Shown piece after piece: positions 53,041 through 64,000 of a stretch of 64,000 bases of DNA. The position numbers and the translations under genes are program-made. The DNA comes from the human T2T-CHM13v2.0 reference genome, Homo sapiens: NCBI RefSeq assembly GCF_009914755.1, contig NC_060935.1. One strand, 5' to 3'. Below the pieces are notes generated by a model. That model saw only the letters and a list, made by a program, of their open reading frames with translations, did not search any database and was not told where the DNA came from. Each line of letters opens with the position of its first letter. The first letter of the stretch is position 1.

Positions 53041-55976
53041 TCAGAGAAGTCCTCACAGATCTTGACACATATTATTTAACCTTCTTAATAATGATATAAA
53101 GGTTATCTGGCAAAGCTTTATTTTTAAGATATTTATACTATGCACAGTTAATGCTATTTATGCTACAATATGCACAGTATATTAATTGCAAGCATCTTTT
53201 ACATTTCCCTCGAGTCAGTACAACTGACTAAATCTAAAAATAAAGTGTTGGGATTGATATTTCTGGGATGGTGGTCTAAGCATAATGGAAACACCTTTAA
53301 TATAACATGCTGTTTTTCAAATATACTACAAAATATTGTTGGACAAAAAAAGATGAAAGGTATTTTAGTACTGTGCTAATAAATACCAGAGTAAACACTA
53401 TAGAATAAGTTCATACAAATGACAGGAGAACGAGTCATGATTATGCCCAGACAGGTCCACAGAAAATATACTCCCTTTTTAAATTTTTAATAGTTTTTAA
53501 ATTTTATTTTAATCGGGCATATTGAGCAATAAACAGCTCTTTCTTCCAGCTAACTTTGCCCACTTTCTGGCAAACATACACTTTGGGAATATTTATCCAT
53601 TTATGCAAAAGTAAAATGGTTGCTATAAAATAGGTTGAATCAAGCAGATTATTTCAGCTTAACTCCTTTCTCTGTAAACACAACTCAATAAACATAACAA
53701 CACTCTAGATATCATTTTTACTGGACATTTCATTTTAATGCTCTTGAAATCTAACTTTATCGTGGCTTTTACGAATATCTCTTTCATTTCAGTTAATCTT
53801 ATATCTGTCTTTTAAGATAATTCAATATCTACAGACCTCATTTCTATATAATGAAGCATGTGAAAGATTTACCAATCTAATGTCATATCAAAACAAACAG
53901 AAATGAATGACGTCTGAGGAAGGAAAAGGTTGCCACTCTCAAAATTCAGAAGCTGTTAATTCACAAATTGGTACATTGCATCATGATTCCACCCCATTTG
54001 TTTGTGCACTTCAAAGAATACAAGCTCCTGAATTTACATTTAAACATACAGGTAGTTTTACTCATTTACTTCCTTTTTCAAATCAAGAAAAGTTTATCAT
54101 TCTGAACTAGTTGGAGTCAATGGCCTATTTATCTTAATTCTATACCGCCCTATTTTTTTTCCCTTCAACTTGTATTAATTCAGCATCTGATCCTGGCCTA
54201 CATGAATGGGGCAACTCTTAAATTGTTTCAGTATCATTTCTTCAGATTACAAAGCCTCTTAAGGGTTATTTTCTTTTTCCTTTTATAAATCTATGCACTA
54301 CCTTAGTATAGAGTCTTCAATAAATTTTGATTACACCACATTTTTAAAGCAAGGGCAATTTAGTTAACCTATTTGGTAAAAAGAAATATTTCATTGTATA
54401 GTATATCAATTTACTTATCAAAGTCTATTTTTAAAATAATCCATCTTTTTATGTTAAATTATGATTATTAATACCCTGGCTCTTGCTTCCAATAAGATAC
54501 GCTGAAAGGTAGGTTATGCTGAGCTTACTACATTGTCATAATTGTTGTTATATGTACATCCTGGAGATTGGTACCATCATTGCTTTAGATTTGGAGTCCA
54601 TTACAGAGACATTTCTAGCATAGTAATTAATTTTTATTCTCCATTTTCCATGTGGGTAAACTGATTGGGGAGTGGGTGATAGAGGAGAGCAACCAATCCT
54701 TCTTGCAGGCTAACTGAAGGCAAATATAATAAAACCCCCAACATTTTTTATCTCAATAACCTGATCTTGTTGAATAAAAAAAATCAGCTTGCAATTTGAA
54801 ATTATCGTTGGGGAAAAGGGAAGGATACTAAGACGAAAAAACTAAGTTTCCAAGGAAATATATATAAACATATTTCTCTGATAGTTAAAAGAGGAGCTTC
54901 ATTCTAATTGACGACTTCTTACTGAATGACAGTTTACAAGCAACCTAAACTCACTCTTTGGAGGGAAAAGTATTTTTTACCTTAAAAATATTGTTTAATT
55001 GTTTGTTCTTCTGTTTCAAAAGCACATGGATGTATTCTATAGATGAGGATGATTACAGAGCTACAAAGTTTACCACAGTTTCAGTCATCAGTGCTCCCAC
55101 CCATAGAGTGTCATCCTCAGAAACCATCTGGTGCTCCTTCTGCATAATTAGCAAAATATTGACTTAGCACTTAACACTCTAGGGAGGATTAAACCAATTT
55201 TTTTAAGCAAGAAAAATTCCAGCCAAGTCAAAACAGAATTGCAATGTATCAAAACTTTCTCTAAAGGAGATGTTTTTTATATTCCCAGGCTTTACCTGTT
55301 TTGTTTTTGTTTTTGTTTTTGTTTTTTTTAATGTAGTACCTGAATTCTACAAATAGATATTCAGTGAGTAGAATGCTGGCAAAGCAGATGTTGCCCCTTG
55401 CATCCACCCACTGAATTCTTATTCCCTATTTGGTTGTCTGCAGTGGTGAATCAGAGCAAGGTGACTCAGTCAAACTAATGACAAGAAACTTAAGCTACAC
55501 TTGCCTCACAGTGTTTACCTTGAAATAAGACTATTAAGCTACTGAAACTTAAAAGCGCAGGAGCTAGCCAAGTTGCAAAATAACATGCAGGATGAGACCA
55601 CTGCATCATAATTTCTCTAATTGTTTTTCTTAGAGCAGATGTCTAAGATGAGTTCCACACATTAAAAACAAAAGGAAGGAGATTAAGGTTTTGAACTATG
55701 GCTCTGACAAGCCCATTTCAGTGTCTTACAGTCATCAGAATTCATTCAAGAGGAAAGCAATAAGCATGGCAAGACATAACTAAACAAAGTATTACACTTT
55801 AAAATGTCTTATTTCAGAACAGCAGATTGTATATATGTTCTTTTTTTGTCCCAACTTCCATGAATCAGACATTTGCCTAAGGACAATAGAAACCAACCAA
55901 AACCTACCATCTTCCAAACACTTGATGTACACCAGAAAATGTGGTGTCAAGGTAGACAAGAAAAGAGTACTAAGGG

Positions 55977-56549
55977 CTATATGTCCCAAATTGTGTATCA
56001 AGGCACCCCAAGACACCATAAAGAAGTCACAGAAGTACTGGGGGATATCTTAACTTTTTAAGAGAAATAGTAACACATGACATTTGTTGATCACTTAGTG
56101 AACCGCAAACACAAATCAGTTTACGGTTTCAACATTACATCACACCACATTCATCTCTATGACATCACATCTTTGCAAAGCTGGGTTTTCAGTGGTTCCT
56201 GTGATAAAAAGCAACTATGCTAAAATCCATGTGGAACAGGAAATGAGGACAGCAACATTCAATCTGTTTGCAGTGTCTGAAAAGTGTGCAGTGCTCAAGA
56301 AGCACACACATCTCATTAATAATTGTGATTATTTAAGAATAAAATTAAAGTAGTGCTTTTGGCTTCAATATATCTGTATTATTTCTTCAAAGAGCTACTA
56401 AGTTATTAGTATATAAATATTGAAGTTTTTTTTTATCCCAACCATGTAGTAAAGTAAACTGTTAGGTATTTCTTTTGGACCAAAGTCACTGTGAAAAAAT
56501 TACTGACACACTAAAGACACTGTGAACCAAGAAAATTTGACAACTTCTG
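55977..56549 (+). mobile_element. hAT-Charlie non-autonomous element (MER119-like)
   Basis: TIR-like ends (tcccaaattgtgt...aatttgacaacttctg); ORF 56159-56353 HLCKAGFSVVPVIKSNY..IHVEQEMR resembles the hAT C-terminal dimerisation motif. Confidence 0.65.
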
Positions 56550-57096
56550 GCACAGGGCCTTAAAGCCTGCTTGATCATGAATGTAAAAAACTCAAGTAAA
56601 TAAATGCAAGTCACTGGTGATAAGTAAAGGAAAATAACAAAAGTATCTGAAAATGCACTTTTCTAACCACTGCCTGAGTAATCAGGGTCCAGAAGAAGGG
56701 AATGACTCTGGGAGTACTGTGAGTAAAATCAATAGTCTCAACATCAGTACCAAATAAGTCAGTTCCTTGAAATGTATATGCAATCTAGAAAGGAAACATA
56801 TGGAAAGGAAGCAATGAGACAACCTGAAAAAAGTAAATCAGTAACACTCTACATACTGAAAGAAAAACTCACTTTCTAGTTTCTAGTTTCTACAACACAT
56901 TGTTAGGTTAGAAAGTGATAGAGACAAAAAGAAGCATATGTGCAACTTCACACTCAGGAGGTCAACTGGCAGTAGTATGTGGTGGTTTTTTCTGATCCCA
57001 AACTAAAATGTAACTAAGAAAATGTACACAAGCTTATGAGAGAAAGAGATAATTTAAAAAGAAATAAAACAAAATTATAGGACTTTAAAGCACTCA

Positions 57097-57519
<423 letters not shown>

Positions 57520-57741
57520 TCACAGTTCTTGGCATTACTTGAACTGTGATTCAAACAAGAACACCACTAGAACATTACAGTAAAACACAATGCCGACATA
57601 TATAAAGGAATGATTCTTATTCCACAAATAAAAAAGATGAGACTCAAATCCAATTGAGTTTTACATTCTTAATAGGCACACAAGATTTTTAATGTAAAAG
57701 CAAAAATCCATCTAAATGTAAGACTGCAAACTGTTGGGATT

Positions 57742-58028
57742 ACACCTGTAATCCCAGCACTTTGGGAGGCCAATGCGGGAGAATTGCTTGAGCACAGGAG
57801 TTTGAGACCAGCCTGGGCAACAACAGTGAGACCTCCGTCTCTACAAAAAAATTATTTTAAATTAGCCAAACATGATAGCACATTTTTGTAGTTCCAGCTA
57901 GTCAGGAGGCTGAGGTGAGAGAATCGCTTCAGCCCAGATGGTCAAGGCTGCAGTGAGCCGGGATCATAACACTGCCCTCCAGCCTGGGCAACAGCGCAAG
58001 TCCCTGGCTCAAAAAAAAAAAAAAAAAA
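57742..58028 (+). mobile_element. AluJ lacking its first ~18 nt
   Basis: J diagnostics (ttgcttgagcacagg, cctgggcaac, gtcaaggctgcagtg); poly-A tail. Confidence 0.88.
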
Positions 58029-58199
58029 GGTGTTTAAAAAAATAATACCACCATGTACATATTGTTACATGTTCTTTAAATGAATTAGAGACAACGGAGG
58101 AGTTATCTGTGATATCTATGCAGTTATTTCACTAAAAGTAGGTCAGCCCAAAAGAAAACTGGTAAAAGCAGAGTAACATTGGTACATAATAGTTGCCAC

Positions 58200-58320
58200 T
58201 AGCCCAAAGAAGTGCATGATCTTGCTTTCCCTGCTATTAGCTAACTGTGTAACCTCTGAAATGTCACTAATATTATGGTTTCTCAGTTTTCCCAGACTTA
58301 TAAAATAGATAATATATAAT
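58200..58320 (+). mobile_element. MIR fragment
   Basis: ctaactgtgtaacctctg...ggtttctcagttttcccagacttataaaatagataata. Confidence 0.5.
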
Positions 58321-58338
58321 ATTTATTGTGTCAGAGTT

Positions 58339-61245
<2,907 letters not shown>

Positions 61246-61699
61246 TAAGAGAGGAATGTGATGATAGAATGAAAATTCTTTGAAAATATAAAATTTTACA
61301 ATCAAGACATCATTATAACCACTCAAAATAGTACTTTTGCTTTCATTCTCATATGAGCTTAGGAAGAGCCAGACATGCTAGCAATGCAGTTTCAATACTT
61401 CTTACATATAACCTATACATTTAACATCTATATATATTACACCCAATGTTAGGACTTAAACCCATGGCCACATCAGATACATGGGCATCAAAGATCAAGA
61501 AAATATAACTGTCACTATGATGAGATTATTTAAAACAGTTCATTAAAAGTATTCCTGAATAACTGGTTGCCCAATCCTCTAAAGTATATCTACAAAATGC
61601 ATATTGAGTCTGAAAACTAATCTGTCACTAGGTTCATTTCCAAATGAAATATTTGTCATTATTTATGCCATTTCCAAAATGATTCTCAAATTTAACTAC

Positions 61700-62420
61700 T
61701 TTCTATTCTCTCACTGCCCTTGACTAACCCCTTACTGCCTCTCAACTAAACTTCTAAACAGCCTAATTGATACCTTTAATTCTAATATCTTCTGTCTATT
61801 CATTGCTCGCCCCATCCATAATCTTTCCAGTTATCTTCCTTAAATATAAATATGATCATGTCACTAGTATGTTCAAAGTCTGTTTGGCTCCACAGCAGTC
61901 CTACACATAAAGCCTGAAATCTTTACCGTCCTGTTAAAGGTTTTCATAAATGTGGCCAAATTTTCCTTCACAGCTTCATCTTGAAGACAGACAACAATTC
62001 TGCCAAATAAGATTGTTCACTGCTTCCTCAAAATAGGCTGCATTTCCCTCCCTTCAGGGCTTTATTTATGTTCCTTCCTCAAAGCAAGTGGAACGTCATT
62101 CCCCTTCAACTCTACCTGTTAAATACAAAATGCTACTTCCTCCACGAAGCCCTCCTGAAAGTTAACTCTCCCAATTGGAGTTAATCTCTTATTCTTTAGC
62201 ATAATGATAGCATGCGCTTTATACTTTGCTTAGACAGACAAGTTTTGCTTTATATTACAATAATTTATATAATACCTATTGTCTTCTTCACTAGGCTATA
62301 AGCTCATTGAGGGGAGAAGACTTGTCTTATTTATTTTAATTACCCCTACAAAGCCTAGAAGAGTTCTCTGAATATCCAGAGCTCTGTAATATGTCTACTG
62401 AAGTTAAAAATGGAAAATCC
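61700..62420 (+). mobile_element. L2 3' region, diverged
   Basis: aaatataaatatgatcatgtcact...ctaggctataagctcattgaggggagaagacttgtctt. Confidence 0.65.
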
Positions 62421-63000
62421 TTACGCAAACAAACTTTATCCAGAAAAATCATAGCTAAGAAATTAATATGAACACATTCCCATGATAGATCAAAGGAAAT
62501 ATTTGCTGTGCTGTGTGCCACATCATATTTTATATCTTGTCTACTTCAAACACTGGCAACTATTTTCAACACAAAAAAAACGTAAATAAGCTGTACTTAT
62601 ACCCTTTAATTTATTTTCGAAAATACAACAGTGATTTGTTCAATAATTGTTTCATGGCAAAACAAATGTATCTGCCTTTCAAAAAACCTCTATTTCTCAA
62701 ACTCAATTCATGAACATAAGTCATTATCCTTCAAAAGCTGGAAAGAAGAGTAAATTTGCTATCCAAAGTATATACTATTCATATCTGAGCAGACCTCTCC
62801 TTTCTACTTATGTCACTAACAGTACTCCTCTTATACCTTTCTTCTGAAAGCAAAGCGCTTTCAAATCCACTAGTACATGTCCCAGTAAGAAAGAGAGAAA
62901 GGCTATTGATCCCCACTTAGCAGATTTTGAGAAAGTGGAGATCAAAGAAGAAAAAAACATAAATGAACTTTCATTTTCAGTGGCTAGAATAAAAATCCAA

Positions 63001-64000
63001 TTTTTTTTTTAATTCAGGGGGTACATGTGCAGATTTGTCACCTGAGTATATTGCATAATGGTGACGTTTGGGATCCTGTTGACTTTGTCACTCAAACAGT
63101 AAACATTGTACCCAATGGGTAATTTTTCAACCCTTGCCTCTCTCCAACCCTCTCCCTTTTGGAGTTCCTGGTGTCTATTATTTCCATCTTTGTATCCACA
63201 TGTACTCATCATTTTGATCCTGATTATACACAAAAACATGCAGTATTCCTGTTTCTGAGTTATTTAACTTAGCATAATGGCTTCCATCTAGTTCCATTGA
63301 TGTTGCTGCAAAGGACATGATTTCATTCTTTTTTATGGCTCAGTAGTATTCTATGATATATATATATATACACCACATTTTCTTTATCCAATCAACCACT
63401 GATGGACACTTAAGTTGATTCAGTGACTGCCATTTGTGAATAGTGCTGCAGTAAACAGATGAGTACAGGTGTCTTTTTGATAAAATGATTTCTTTTCCTT
63501 TGGGTAGAAACCTACTAGCGAGATTGCTGGGTCAGATAATGGTAGTTTTATTTTTAGTTATTTGAGAAATTTCCATACTGTTTTCCATAGAGGTTAATTT
63601 ACATTCCCACCAACAGTACATAAGTGTTCCCTTTTATCCACGTCCTCACCAACATCTGTTATTTTTGACTTTTTAATAGCAATTTTGACTGGTGTGAGAT
63701 GCTAACTCATTGTGGTTTTTAATTTGCATTTCTCTGATGAATTAGTGTTGTTGAGCATTTTTTCATGTATTTTTTGGCCACTTACATGTCTTCTTTTGGG
63801 AAGTGTCTGTTCATGTCCTTTGCCCAAATTTTAATGCAGTTATTTGTTTTATTCTTGTTGATTTGTGTAAATTCGTCATAGATTCTGGATATGTTTTTTG
63901 TTAGATGCATACTTTGCAAATATTTTCTCCAATTCTGTAGGTTGTCTGTTTAATCTGTTGATTGTTTCTTTTGCTGTATAGAAGCTCTTTAGTTTAATTA
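63001..64000 (-). mobile_element. L1PB-like 3' end, running off the window
   Basis: Poly-T at 63001, L1PB-type 3'UTR and ORF2 C-terminal sequence on the minus strand. Confidence 0.85.

Overview
AT-rich primate (almost certainly human) genomic DNA dominated by transposable elements, with no intact cellular protein-coding gene, rRNA, tRNA or CRISPR array. Main content: a full-length processed pseudogene of aldose reductase AKR1B1 on the minus strand (27172-28531) with a 25-bp target-site duplication (TSD); a near-consensus AluYa5; a full-length Tigger1 and a Charlie1a-like DNA transposon; and a ~14.5-kb nested stack in which an old L1MA3-like LINE carries a full-length L1PA4-like LINE, an AluY and a complete THE1D/MSTA MaLR provirus. 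An L1PA2-like insertion (58339-61227) has a twin-priming 5' inversion. Two candidate exons with strong splice signals lie on the minus strand (20135-20208, 9522-9637), suggesting the window is the 5'/intronic part of a large minus-strand gene; from memory this fits the SOX6/AKR1B1P3 locus, which is unverified. I found no convincing evidence of a new biological system. The best leads are mechanistic retrotransposition footprints and possible TE-driven regulation of the host transcript. Repeat subfamily calls come from remembered consensus sequences, and boundaries of old repeats are approximate.
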